From Lama glama (lineage: Eukaryota): a stretch of DNA of 64,000 bases. The DNA lies in contig CM052828.1 in NCBI GenBank assembly GCA_028534125.1, forward strand, positions 60,326,001 to 60,390,000, given 5' to 3'. Every line of letters begins with the position of its first letter. Within the stretch, counting starts at the first letter, position 1. The translations under genes were made by a program, and so were the position numbers. Below the pieces are notes generated by a model. It ran no database searches. It was not told where the DNA came from and saw only the letters and a program-made list of their open reading frames with translations. Of the stretch, positions 1-13,152 are shown piece by piece.

Positions 1-3000
1 TATGTTATTTTTTGTATGTGTTTTTCTACTGCCTGTCTAAATAGATACTGAAGTTTACATTATTTTGCAATTTTTGAATTATTTTTTGAGAGAGAGCTGA
101 GAAGGAAGTGATGGTAATTTCGTCTCTTTCTAATTCCTCCAATTTCTAGACATGATGAACAGTGGGAGTGAAAGGGTGTCCTAGCACCGGCCTGTGCAGA
201 GCATCCTCGCTGAAACAATACAGGCTATTGAGTCTCCATTTTGGATTCACGTCCCTTGTGAAGTTTTAAAATAATACATGTGTTTGGTTCCCATTGACCA
301 TCATTTGATCTCATAAGCAAGCATTTCTTATTCTCGGCCTTTCCTTTGACGTTTCTCTATCTCCAAATAAATTATGTATTTTTACCTTTACTGATTAGAA
401 AACAGTCAATTTAGCTTTTTGCATTTCTTCGGTGGCTGCCATTCATGTTCTTAGATCTGGGTTCAATATGTTATCCTCTGATTATCAGGGTCAGAAAGTA
501 ACTCTCAGCTGTGAAAGGGGAGGAAATTCTCTCTCCTTCCTTCCCTTGAAATAATTTCTAAACATTTAAACATATAATCTGGGGTTTTTTAAAGCCAGAT
601 GGTAGTGATAATGAAGGTGATAATTTATACTACTTTGTTTTCCAAAAATATTTTGTTTTTACTTTTAATTTCAGAATCGTATTTACAATTGTATAGATTT
701 AATTCTACAGTTATATAAGGAGGTCCCCACACTGAGTTCTGGGCTCATGTCGCTGGGGGATTTCCTGTGTCTCATACACTTTGTTCAAAGAGGTTGAGAA
801 GATGGTTTTCTTTTTGAATTCTTCGTTTCTGAGAACATGGTCTTGCTGCTCTTTGGATTTGAAATCAGCTTGCGTGGGGTTGGCGTTCCCAGGTCACCAC
901 TGTGCGCCTCGGAAGGCGGGGTCCCCGGCCCCCCTGCCACAGGGGCAGAGCGTGAGGGCCACTTCTGCTTGCTTATTCATCTGGAGTTTACCCTGAACAC
1001 CTGGAAGTCTATAGAATTATTTTATCTGTGTTTGAAGTTTAATCCATAAGTGCATGTTCAGCAGTGTGTAACTTTCCTTTTTTTCCTTTTTCCCAAAAGC
1101 TAGTTCTTTGAAGGTATTCTCTCCATTTTTTTACTCTTCAGGTACATAATGTTTTTCTTGTTTAAAATCTGCCGGGTCTTGTAACTTGCGCTGAGGGTAT
1201 CTTGAGCTGGAAGCTCTGTGTTGTCAATGGCGCTTGTTCTTGCTTTAATGAAGACTTCATCCTGCTGTTCTTCCTGCTTTCTCTGTGACCTTCCTTCCTC
1301 CCTCCCCTGTGCGTTCCTGCCTGACTCCTGCCTGGGTCCGTTGCTTGGGGCTGTTTCCCATCTCCTGGTGCCCACAGAATGTGTGTGTCATGGGTCGTGA
1401 CAGGGAACGCAAAGCCGTGGAGGCTGCCCGTTCACCTGCCTTTGCTCCGCCGTGGACGGGTCTCCCCTTCCTGGGGCGGGACTGTGTCCTAGACTCAACA
1501 CTACACCCTTTTCTAATTGCTCGTCTTGGTCTAGAAGGGAGACCAGGGACTGGCTGTCCTCGCCGCCCCTCCCTGGCCCCTGGGCCTGTCACAAAACTGT
1601 CCCGTCTTCCAGGGCCGGGCGGACAGCTAGCTGGGGCAGCCTGTTTTGGGCTGAGGAAGGCTGACCTGTTCCTCCTCTAAATACAGAGAGAAGCACGTGT
1701 TTGTGGATACTCTTAAGAGTAGTCCATTTTTCTTCCCTTTCCTAAAACTGCAAAATTCATCCCCTGAAATCCACGGCTCTTCCCCTCCCCTGTTCTACTA
1801 CAGTTTTTTTCATTCCAAACCGTATTGCATTTTTGGTCACGACAGCCCCAAAACGGGTGCAGAGACTGCACTAGACCCCGCTCCCAGATCCTGCCCTGTC
1901 AGCAGTGCGGGAGAAGGCAGCCTGTGTGTCGTTCTGACTCAGTAAAATGCTATTTTGGCTCCTGGCAACATTTATGAGGTTTTGTTTGTCTCCTTGGCAG
2001 GCTTGGTACCACCATAATTGTCGTAATTAATTCAAAAGAAGAAGTCCTCTAGCGGGGTGTTTCGCGGCGTCAGCCGTGCAGGGGGTGTTCTGACTCTTGC
2101 TTTGTCCTGGGGCTCTTCATCTGAAAGTTACATTCGTGTTTGTTCGGATGGTTGTCCTGGTGTTCTTGGGTGGAACGGGACCTTACCTTGGAAGGCGTGA
2201 GAAAGGGAGGGGAGCTGGAGAAGTATTCAAAATGGTGACTGGTTTTTCAGGGATAGTCCTTCCTGCCCTGTCAGCTGAGACCCTCGTGAAGCAGACGGTC
2301 TCTGCACCACACGTGGCACAACCCTTTCTTAACGCGAAGGTGAGGGGAGCAGCTCTGTGTCTAGTCCGGGAGCCACTGCTGCCCCCAGAGGACGTCTCAC
2401 CTCTTGGTTTAGGAGTCTGCTGGTTGAGAGCCCCGGCTCTGCAGGTTGCAGGAAGGAGGAGGTGAGCGTGACCTTGAGCCTGGGCCCCGAGTCCATCATT
2501 TTCCCTAAATTAGCGCCTCTCTGTGGAGCACGTGGCACAGCGCTGGCACGTGGCAGGTGCCCCAGAGCTGGTGGCTGTGTGGGCAGTCACGTTTGGGGTT
2601 CACCAGGACTCGGCTCACCGCCGTGGGGCACAGGCGGGACTGCCAGGTCTGGCCCACTTCTAGGCGGAGGCATCACACAGGCTGTGGCTTCTGGACCACA
2701 GGCTTCCCTGTCGACCAGGCCCCCCTGAGCTGTGCTCTCCATCTGCGCGGAAGGCAGCTGAGCTCAGAAGTCCGCGGCTCCACGCTCGGGGGGTTGGGGG
2801 GACACAGGGCGGGTGTCGCCGTGCAGTGGACACACTGTGTGAGTGAGACCTGGGCTTCTGGGTCACCTGGCCAGGCCGTCCCTGCCCGCTCTGGCCGCCG
2901 CACGGCGTCATCAGTGTTTCTGCCAAGCCAGTGGCGGTAAAGAGGGGGCCCCGTCTGCCTCCTCGGAGGTGGATCGCTGGTTCCTCGCCCACGAGCAGGT

Positions 3001-3524
3001 AAGTGGCACCACAGGAACCACGAGCTAAAAACAGAGTTACCTGTGTCTGTACTGGGGGGTCTGGTTCGAGCTGAAGGGTTCCAGTGTGAGCTAGCTCTAG
3101 AGGAAACAAGACTCCTGGCGGGATTTCGTCGGGGGGGGGGGCCCCAGCTGTGTCTGTGGTCTGGCACCAGGACACGAGCTTACAGGATTAGGGCCCTGGG
3201 CTCATCAGTGAGCGGGCACCCAGGGCCGAGGTGGGAGGAACTCCTCCAGGCTGGGGAGGTGCTTGGCTTTGGAAAACCTCTCGCCCTCCCTCTGCTGGGG
3301 CTCTGGCTGTGCTGTGATGGTGGCCTTGCTGGACGGGGCGTGGTGGCCTCTTTCCCCGCCCACGGTCAGTTGCCTCTCTCAGCCGGGAGCCCTTCCCGGT
3401 AGCAGGTGGGCCCGCCTGCTCTTGGCCACTTCTGTCTGTGTCTGGGGGGCGAGGGGGCTGGTCCTCAGGGCGCCCTGCCTCCTTGGGTGCTGGCTGACCC
3501 CAGCAGGCCGTTGTCTGTCTCTGA

Positions 3525-3840
3525 TCCCTTACCACAGCTGCTTTCTGGGGCTCCCGCGGCAGGAGGCTGTTCTCTCCCAGGCTGGGGCCTGGTGGTCAGC
3601 AGGCCGTGCTCCTCCACGCGTTCTAGGGCGCCCCTCCTCTCTCCGTCCAGCGTCTGGTGTTGCCGACGATCCTTGTGTCCTTGGCCCGATCTCTGCCTGT
3701 CTCCACGCAGCCCCTTCTCCCACGAGGACGCCAGTCCTGGTGGATCAGGGTCCACCCACCTCCAGAGTGACCTCCTCTTACCTAGTGTCTGCGACGACCC
3801 CAGGTCCGAATAACGTCACACTCAGAGGTGCTGGGAAGGG
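3525..3840 (-). mobile_element. MLT1-family (ERVL-MaLR) LTR fragment
   Basis: Carries degenerate antisense MLT1 hallmarks: 'gaggacgccagtcctggtggatcagggtccacccacctccagagtgacctcctctta' and 'aataacgtcacactcagaggtgctggg'. Confidence 0.7.
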
Positions 3841-4689
3841 ACCCTGACCAGCCCAGGACACTTGTTACCTGCTCTGTTCAGGCTATTGGTTTAGGCCAGG
3901 GAGCAGGAGGGCTCTCCCTGGGGACTGGCGGCCGCCGTGGGGGGCAGACTGCCGTGGGGGGCGGATGGCAGGTGGGGGTGCATGCGCACGTGCCCTCCCG
4001 TCCCCGCCTGTCCCCCCCACGCTTGCCCACAGCGCCCTCCCCGCTGTGCTGGGCTCTCTTGGGATCGCTTCCTGCTGCCCCCTCGCCGCACCACCTGGAC
4101 CAGCGAAAGCACTGATGGGAAGCAGCACGTTCTGACGGGCCAGTGTTCTGTGCTGAGGTGAGTCAGCTCCTTAGGGCAGGGAGTGGCTGGCAAACATCAG
4201 TGCCGAGGCCTGCAGCTCCCACAGGCACAGCTGCCCCCAATGTGCAGCAGCAGCAGCCAAGGCAACTGAGTCGCCCAACAGAGAAACCCCTACGTCAGGA
4301 TGACACATATATACACATAGACATATTAAAATGTATAATACCCAATAAAATTTGTATAACAAGTGATACGTTTTCCAAAATATTTCCCAAAGCACAAGGA
4401 GCTAATATGTGCAACCTTTGCTCCACTGTCAGATTTATTAATGTGACACCATCCTATTAAATGCAAAGGAAGTTTTCCGAGTCTGAAGTGTGTGTGTCTC
4501 TGTGTGTGTGTGAGAAATACGTATTTGCTCATTAATTCATTGGCTGTATCTTGCAGGTAGACAGAAACAGTGGAGGGTAAATTTGTCCAGCCACTGTTAT
4601 TTCTCTATTTATTAAATCTGAGCTACATGTAGGAATCACGTCTGACTCACTCACTTCCCCCACAATGCCCAGGAAGTAGTTTTTTCAGA

Positions 4690-4785
4690 GTGCACAGTAC
4701 ATGGAAAAGACTTAATAAACATGTAATAAACGGATAGGTGGATGAGTGGGTGGGTGGGTTGGTGAATGACGGATGAATGGATGAC
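4690..4785 (+). mobile_element. L2 3' end with (GGAT/GAAT)-like tail
   Basis: 'cttaataaacatgtaataaacggataggtggatgagtgggtggg...gaatgacggatgaatggatga' resembles the L2 terminus 'ctcaataaatatttgttgaatgaatg'. Confidence 0.45.
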
Positions 4786-5388
4786 AGCCTTTGAATTTGG
4801 ACTAATGATCTCAAAGTATGGGCAGCTTTAGGAAAATTAAGTGACGTGATGTTCTGGAAAACACTTGGAAAATTCTAAACACAGATGCATACGTTAAAGC
4901 ATTGCTGTCGGGCTTCTGGGCTGCGTTCCTTGTACTGTGTCTCTTCTCAGAAGCATCACGAAGTGCCCGTAAGATCCTTGCACCGGTGGATCTTGATTGT
5001 TGTCCACCTGGCACGCCCAAGGAGGCGCGTGGTCCAGAGACCCTTCTCCGCCCTTCGTGCTCTTCCGTTTCTTCTAGACCTGAGGACTTCTAAGGACTTG
5101 CCCCACTCATTCCCTTTTATGCCAAAGTGCTGAAGTTAACCAGGAGAAGAGTGCTTCGGAGAATCAGAACTGTGTTTAGCAACATTTGATTTCTGTTATT
5201 ATGTGTCTGACGTTTTCAGTTTCATTTAGCTCCAGATTTCCTCTGCTGCTGCTTTTTTTTTTTTTTAAGAAATCATGAGAAACTCAAGGCGATTTTGAAT
5301 GTCTAAACTATGAGCTCCAAGTAACCACATTTGTCCCTGGTTGGGGGAATGAGGGTGTTTCCTGTCCTGAAATCTGGACAGTGATTCT

Positions 5389-5602
5389 CAGTGGTGCTCA
5401 GCTTGGGGGCGGGGGATGTTCCCCCTGGGGGCAGTTTGGCAATATTTGGAGAAATTTTTGATTGTCACTAAGGAGGGGAGGGTGGCAGCCCTGGCATCTG
5501 GTGGGTGGAGGCTAGGAAGGCTGCTGAGCGTGTCACAGCCCACAGGACAGCCCTGTAGGGCAAAGAGCGGTCTGGGCCGAAGTACCAGCAGTGAGAAGCC
5601 AG
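5389..5602 (+). mobile_element. MER20 (hAT-Charlie) DNA transposon
   Basis: Colinear with the MER20 consensus: 'cagtggtgctca...gggggcagtttggcaatatttggagaaatttttgattgtcac...ctggcatctggtgggtggaggctagg...cacaggacagccc...gagaagcc'. Confidence 0.9.
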
Positions 5603-6149
5603 CCCAGACTCAGGACAAACAGCGGGGGCCTTAAAGGGCCATGCATCGCTGAAGGTTTCGAAGAGGTGGCTGCACAAAGAGCACCTCCCCCTTAAGGACA
5701 CCCGAAGACCTACCCCCCTGCCTCCCCCAGACGAGCGAAAGAACTGGCCCAGGACTGTTTGCTCATCTTCCTTAGTAACTAATTTATCCACTAAACATGG
5801 AGCCTAATGAGGCAAAGCAGAAGTAGCCTCTCGCTGCATAAAGTAGTCCGTGAAGAGCTAACCTGGGAGAGAAGAAAGCAGGAACAGCGGTTCCCACAAC
5901 CCCTTCTAAGGAGGAGGAAGGCAGGCTGTTTGGCTTCGGGTGTCACAGGTTTTCAGTTTGGAATTTTCCTACGTCCACCTGTCTCTCTCGCTGAAGAGAC
6001 CTGCCTTGACGTCTAGGAGATAACCTGCCTCAGAGTCACTGTGGTGCTCTGTGCAAGAATTTGAGTGAACTCTGGGACCTTTGTTTAGGAGGGGGAAAAA
6101 CACCACATTTTACCCCAAAATCTAAAGGACTAAATAAAATGCTGAATCG

Positions 6150-6800
6150 TAGAGAAAAGGCCTCAGAGGAGCCATTGGATGGAGAAAAGAAAGAAATTTT
6201 GCTTTAATTGGCTTTTTAATGATTCTCTATTTTTCTGTTCTGGCCTTTTTCTTTTCTTTTCTTTTCTTTTTTTTGGAAGGGGGAAAAAAACGCTTAAAAC
6301 AGAAAGGTTAATCTGACTATACATTTTAAGCTTTTAAAGGCTCCATTACAGGACTTATTATGCTAAAAGAAACATACCTGGCATGTTGCAGCTTCTAAAT
6401 GTCTCAGCGATGCATGTAATGACTCACTTAGAACACCGTGGTCAGAATTCTTTCACGTTATTTCTATGTAAATTGGATGCTTCACAATTACTATAATATG
6501 TGTGAAATTCCACTTATTATTTCTTTTAACATAGAAACTTTTATCACTTAACTCACTGGACAGAATATTTGAGCCATTTGCAATCATTAGAGCATTTCTG
6601 TTTGGTCCAACCCTTATGGAATTATACCTTGGAAAAGACAGTGAATTATATTCATTGCAAGAAAACAGCAATTTTAAATATATAAGGGGCACCGGGAAAC
6701 TTTTCATTTTAGTGCAAATTCAATATTATATCTTACTTCTTTTTACAGCAGGGTAAGCTTTTATCTTTAAGCAATTTATAAAACCCAGCATGTAATAGGA
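6150..6800. promoter_or_regulatory. AT-rich non-repetitive block, candidate conserved non-coding element
   Basis: AT-rich island in a GC-rich background with no repeat similarity recognised; several TAAT/ATTA cores. Conservation is inferred, not measured. Confidence 0.3.
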
Positions 6801-7549
6801 GAGAGGCCTGCAGAGCGCAGATCAAGCTGATGGATAAATAGACTTGGGTCAGGGTGGAGGCGGGACATCGCTGGGATTCAAGGTAATCGCTTTTTGCTCC
6901 GGGAGCATTTCCTTGTGATCTTGGTGGAGGTCCAGCAATGATCACTGCCTCCTCCCCAGTTCCAGCATGGATGGGGTCCCCCTTCCTCCTGCCCCAGCTG
7001 CCCTCAGCCCGCCCTCTCCCGGCGAACTCTGTGGAGCAGCTGGTTGGGAATGGTCCTTCCCTTGGAAGAACGTTGAATTTTTTCAAACAGATTTGGGGAA
7101 GAAACACAAAATCAGAAAAAGAGTGGTGTTATTATCTATGGACCTGATGTCTTTGGGGGGCTGAAGGGCTGTTCGGGCGCCTGACACTGCAGGCGATGTC
7201 CCCGTCGTGGTGTGTCACGCTTGGAAATGCCCTTTGTGCCTTAATCATTGGGGACGCTTCTTCCTAGGGAGGAGGAACAGCGGCTGAGTGGAGATTTGCA
7301 TGCATGTCCCCTGAGTTTTAAGACAAAGTGTATGTATGCTTGTTTTTAATACATGGTGGAGAAAATTAAAATCAGACCTTGATTAGTGCTAATTATGTAA
7401 ATAAACATCTAAATTATTGGGCACTTTTTTTTCTCTTTTTTTAATTGTGCCATTTCAGAAAGAGGCAAATCTTAAGGGGCATGGCATGATATTTATTTCC
7501 CAAATTTTATTCTCCAAACTTTAACTAACAAAGACAAGTTGATAACTTT

Positions 7550-8049
7550 NNNNNNNNNNNNNNNNNNNNNNNNNNNNNNNNNNNNNNNNNNNNNNNNNNN
7601 NNNNNNNNNNNNNNNNNNNNNNNNNNNNNNNNNNNNNNNNNNNNNNNNNNNNNNNNNNNNNNNNNNNNNNNNNNNNNNNNNNNNNNNNNNNNNNNNNNNN
7701 NNNNNNNNNNNNNNNNNNNNNNNNNNNNNNNNNNNNNNNNNNNNNNNNNNNNNNNNNNNNNNNNNNNNNNNNNNNNNNNNNNNNNNNNNNNNNNNNNNNN
7801 NNNNNNNNNNNNNNNNNNNNNNNNNNNNNNNNNNNNNNNNNNNNNNNNNNNNNNNNNNNNNNNNNNNNNNNNNNNNNNNNNNNNNNNNNNNNNNNNNNNN
7901 NNNNNNNNNNNNNNNNNNNNNNNNNNNNNNNNNNNNNNNNNNNNNNNNNNNNNNNNNNNNNNNNNNNNNNNNNNNNNNNNNNNNNNNNNNNNNNNNNNNN
8001 NNNNNNNNNNNNNNNNNNNNNNNNNNNNNNNNNNNNNNNNNNNNNNNNN
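7550..8049. other. N-run (500 N): assembly gap or masked sequence
   Basis: Seen directly; both flanks are unique AT-rich sequence. Confidence 0.99.
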
Positions 8050-9999
8050 TCATAGCGCAAGCAATAGAAAACCCAGTTCATTTTTTATTCCTTTTTTTCA
8101 GCCCGAATATTTTCAAAGACCTCCTATAGTTAACATTATAATATAGTTAGTTGCTACAAATAACCGGGGTGATTATAGGAAAACTGTCAGTGTCGGCTCA
8201 AGGCCTGAAAAGGCTGCAGCAAATGGCTTTTCTCTTTGCCATGGAGACTGGGCTCTGTTTTTCCGGTTACTCTGGAAACCGGAGCCTCCTTGTTGTTAGT
8301 CCTTTTCAGTTACTTGAGCTATTAAACCCTCCGGTTGAGACAAAAGGAGGGAGGTATGCAGACACTTCCTCGGGCAGGAAACCTCTGGGCCCAGGAGCAG
8401 AACTCAGGCTGGGGCCAGGCGGTGTCTGTTCAGCTCAGCAGGTTTTTGTCAGGGAGGCAGCCTGCCGCAGTCCCCTCCTCGTGGAAGCCGCCTCTAACCG
8501 TTAGAATCTGTCATCAGGTTGCTGCCGCGCGCCCTCCCCTCCCGCCTCCTTCCCCAGAAGATGAAGCCACCGCCGTAGGCGCCTTAGGCTGGCCTCTCAG
8601 CTCCAGAGGGCCTCTGGGTGCAGACCCACCGGCACCTTGCCGTATAAACCGGGGAAAGTGGACTCAGAACGAGGCAGTTCAGAATCTCGGAGCACAATGG
8701 GCCGCTTTATAATGCAAATGCACATCTAGAGACCGCGTGCCTTTTTGTTTGGGTTTAAGAACTCAGTTCCCAAATTGCTAATACTGTCCGCCCTGTTAGC
8801 AGATCAAATAGCGACCTAAGAAGATGGCCCGCCCTGTGTTGTCAAGTGTTCAAGGAGCAGGGGAAGAGCGATTCGGAATCTGGGGTTAGAGAATCCTGGA
8901 TTCCTTGCGAGCTAGATGGGCCCTTCCTTTTTCCTTTTTCGCTTTTTTCTCTTTCTCTCTAACTAGGAAGGCTTTCTCCTAGTAATAGTAGGTAATAGTT
9001 TACTATCACCTGCAATTGCATTCATCTCGCTTTTTGGTTAAAGTGTCCTCAAGGAAAAGAAATTCTCCCCAGAAGGAACAGTAGCCTAAATAGACCACAA
9101 ATAGCCTGCTTCTGCAGGGAGCATCCTTTCTGGCCCGAACGTGGTCAGACTAAGTTAACACTGAACACCTCAGGCCCCCTGGGGGCACACTGCGTTCAGT
9201 GGGCAAAGTATTCAACTTTGAGCTTTCACTTGAGCTGTGAGACGCGTCACCCCAAACCCCCATTACTATTTTCTCTCCATGCTGCACGTTCCTAAGGGTT
9301 AAGTCCTGGCAGCAGAGTTACACCAAAACACTTGCTTTTAGAAGTAGCAACCAAATTAATAACAATGGATGTTTGTTAACAAGAAGCAATATTAAGAAGA
9401 AAAAAAAAGAGAATGAAACGCTTTCTTTTTCGGTCACTCCCTTATTGCTGTCCAGTGGTTTTGGTTGTTTTACATCAGAGCGGTAAGCTGGCGGATTTTC
9501 CACGCAGGTGTCGGGGCCGCATATGTGCGCCCACGTGCACCAGGAGCCTCTCTGCCCTCTCAGTTCTGGCAAATTAAAACCAGCAGCGACATGCGGTTCA
9601 CAGCTAAGGGACCGTCGCAAAGCCCATCCCCTGGGCAGCGGCCCAGGTCATCTTGACTCTGCCCCGACGTTACTGGGATTCTCAAAGTCTTCTAAAACAC
9701 AGGCTTCCAGACGTCACCAACACTCCACGGAAGGCAGTATCATTTTTACCGGTCCTGTCCTATTTTCAGTCTAAATCACGCTGATTTCCCTCTGAACAGA
9801 AATAACACAGCTAAAGGATAGAGGCTTACTAGTTAAAATTCAACTCAGATTCAAAGAGAATTCAGAGCCCAAAGATACACCATTAATAAGTCACTAACAA
9901 ACAATCATGAAATTAGCTCTGGTTTTGGAAAAACACAAGTATAAGGATTCAGAGCCCCCCCCACCGCAGTTTACACGGCCATTTATCCTCTGCATGACG

Positions 10000-10135
10000 C
10001 CGTTCATTCGTCACTCGTTCAGTTTTCCCAGGGACATTTGTTTAGTGCCTACTGCGTGCTGTGCCCAGCTTTGGTGCTCGGAAGGGTTTCGTGAGCAAAA
10101 GCAGGAACATCTTCGGGAATTGTCCTTTTCAGATG
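10000..10135 (-). mobile_element. L2 3' end fragment
   Basis: 'ttcattcgtcactcgttc...acatttgtttagtgcctactgcgtgctgtgcccagc' matches the antisense L2 terminus 'cattcattc...atttattgagcacctactatgtgccaggc'. Confidence 0.65.
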
Positions 10136-11139
10136 CTGCCTGGTGACTGAGCTGCCTTCCCCACGCACCGCAAAGGGAGAGGCAGGGGGAGGAAGGGGGT
10201 GCTCCCTCCCTGGTTAGCACGCCCCCCACGGCGATGGCGTGGCGTGGAAGGAAGGCCGGGCTTGCCGCACGTTCCTTTTCGGCTCCAGCCAGGACGGGGA
10301 AGCCCCGACAGCTGCGAGGCTGGCTTTTTCTCGGTCGCTCGTTAAGTTGTAATGTTTGTGTAGCTCTGTTTCTTTTCATGACGTCCCTGCTTCATTTGGG
10401 ACAGACCAGTGTGTGAAGTGTAACTCTGGGCTCATGGCTCACTCTACACAGCCCACCTTGGTATTTTACCAGACACCAGCCTTCTGGATATTCCTTTTGT
10501 TCTGGACTTGTTATTAAAATTGTAATTGACTTTTGGCCGACTATTAGTAAATCAGTATTTTCTGTAACTTTGTCAAAGTGCATTGTTTCCCTCAGTGAAT
10601 TTGGTGGCTTCTTCAGAGATGCATATAAATTCTTAATTTGAATTTTCTATTATTGTTTGAAAATGGTTATGCAGTATGTATGTCCTCTGTGTACCATCAG
10701 ACATAACTCTAGGGGTTTGTGTATTCGAGGCTGCTGTTTTTTATAAGTTGCTGTTTAAAAGTGAATTATTGCTCCTTTGAAGCTGGAGTTTTCCAAACAG
10801 TAGCTTGTCATATATCAGCCTGAATGCCAGATTCGTGCTATAGTTTTCTATCAAGTTCTCCTTTCCTTTAAGAGCAACTGCATGGACTTGTACATGCTCA
10901 GGAACGCCTGCGACCGTCGTGGTTACCCTTGTGTGCCAAATTCTATTCAAATCTCAGATGCTCTGTAATTCTTCTCTTGATTACTCCAGCGAAACCTGAG
11001 CTTTTTTACCTGATTCGTAACAGTCACAGCCCGTAAAGCTAATTTGACAGTTAAGACTATTGAGTCCCGTAGTATTTGCGCTGTGGCTGTACCGTGATGT
11101 TCTCTAAATCTCGCTGTAATTCCGTTTTCTGCTAGTTTC

Positions 11140-11295
11140 TGTCTCATCTCTCCAAGTAGACCGTTAACTCCTTGAGGGCAAGGAGGGTGTTTTAAAGACC
11201 TGTGGGTCTCCATCCCCTCCTAGCCCTGCCCCCTGTCCCCAGTGTGTGCTGTGCTGCCCTGCTCGCAGTGGCTCCTTGATTCGCAAGTTGAACCG
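11140..11295 (+). mobile_element. L2 3' end fragment
   Basis: 'tagaccgttaactccttgagggcaagg...tgtccccagtgtgtgctgtgctgccc' resembles L2 'tagactgtaagctccttgagggcaggg...tatccccagtgcctagcacagtgcct'. Confidence 0.65.
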
Positions 11296-13014
11296 TCACC
11301 CCAGGCTGACGCGCGTTTCTGAATTGAGACCATTTCTGGGTTTAGAGGACCAGGGGCTGGGATTCTCGCCTACCCTTTCCCCATGGAGGCGTCAGAGTGA
11401 GGCGCGTGGGCCGGCATTCTGTTTCCTGTGAGACTGAGATGGCGCTCCCCTTCTGTCCCTGTGAGCATGAAAGGGGACCAGTGAGCCTGGCAGGGAAGCA
11501 GGCTCGCTGGTGCCACGCTCGAGAAGAGACCCAGAAACACAGTGACCGAGTCCCTGCGATGTCGGGGGGAAGGGGGGGCCTGGGGGGCCGGGGTGTGGCC
11601 AATGCGGGGCAGCCAGGGGCTGAGAGTCTGCCTGCCCTCCCTCTCTGCACACCCACCCCTCCCGGCTAACCCCGATGTCGAGGAGAACGTTGTACACGTC
11701 CGTCCAGCCTGCGCTTGCGCCATGGAGATGTGCAGCACGGCGAAACCTGGCACCTAGCATGAACCTGCTGGTTTGTGATGGGCAGAGGGTGGCAGATCCT
11801 GAAGATCCCTGACTTCAGTTGCATATTAAGTAATACGCTCTCTGGGACAAGGGGGCTTTTCAGAAAATACGGGCCCATTTTGTGGAGGTTTTGTTCGTAC
11901 TCATTATGTTTCTAATAGAATCCTGTGTTTTCTCCTGGCTTTATAACTTGTGCAGAATATATCAAAAAAAATACACAGACACGAATGAACAAATGTGAAA
12001 GCCACAGATGTTCAGGACTGGTCTGTATATTTTTATGCAAAGGACATTTTTGGCCAGCACAGACAGTAAACAGTCCTTTCCTTCCCCCAGCACTGTTACT
12101 TGAGTTGCTTCAGCACCAGAAATCGTGCGCGTTGATAGGCTGGCGGACGCAGTGGTTTGTTTGTTGTCTGTCTGAGCCTCAGACGGTCGCTGGGGGAAGC
12201 TTTCGGCGGGGGTTGCTTTGCTGACTCTGTTTATGTAATTTTTACTTATTTGTGGAAGGTACACAGTTTCCAAGGGCGTCTCTCAGGTCAGATATAGAAA
12301 ACATTGGATGAGAAGCGTCAAGTTAAGGTTCAAAAGGCTGTGCCCCAAGGAGCCAGCACCCCACGCACGCTGAGGTGTGTGGAAAGGTAGGATGAACTGC
12401 CCCAAGATCTTATGGGGTCTCGGTGCCTGTGGAGAATTTTTGTTGCTACAGAAAATGTAGACTTTGACCCTAAAGCATTTCCTTGGGTCTGTTTGACTTT
12501 TCTCTTCCCCAAATGCCTCTGGACTTCTTTCTCCTGACTTTCCACATCACGCTTCATCCACCACACTTGTGTGCATGTGCACATGCCCACGGAAAGAGAA
12601 AAAAGAAGGAAGGAAAATGAGAAAGAAGAAAAGCAGCTCACGTTGAGCAGGAGCTTGCCGACTGGTTGGCGAGTCTCTCAAGACAGCATTTGTGGTCCTG
12701 AAGTTTCAGAGGTGGGGCTGGTTTGCTCGGCTGCACACGAGTCTGCTGACCAAGGTGAGGACGGAGGCTGGCGTGGGCGCAGGAGGACACACCTGCTCTA
12801 CGAGTCCGGGCGCTCGCCCCCTCGGAGATCCGGCAGCTCCAGGGTTCCGCACCACGACTGAAAAATGAGGGGCGAGGAAGAGGCGGGGTGTGGTCTGAAC
12901 AAAGCCGGGGTGATGGAGATGTCTCAGTCACGGCTGTTTCCTGTCGCAGCGGCCACAGCAGTCCACGCGACGCTTTGAAAAGGACAAAGAGTCTCCTTGT
13001 GTTTACGCTTTTTA

Positions 13015-13152
13015 NNNNNNNNNNNNNNNNNNNNNNNNNNNNNNNNNNNNNNNNNNNNNNNNNNNNNNNNNNNNNNNNNNNNNNNNNNNNNNNNNNNNNN
13101 NNNNNNNNNNNNNNNNNNNNNNNNNNNNNNNNNNNNNNNNNNNNNNNNNNNN
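13015..13152. other. N-run (138 N)
   Basis: Seen directly. Confidence 0.99.

Noticed and set aside
7493-8129. ORFs spanning N-runs (also near 13.0k, 13.9k and 16.9k)
   Set aside because: Open only because N codons contain no stops.
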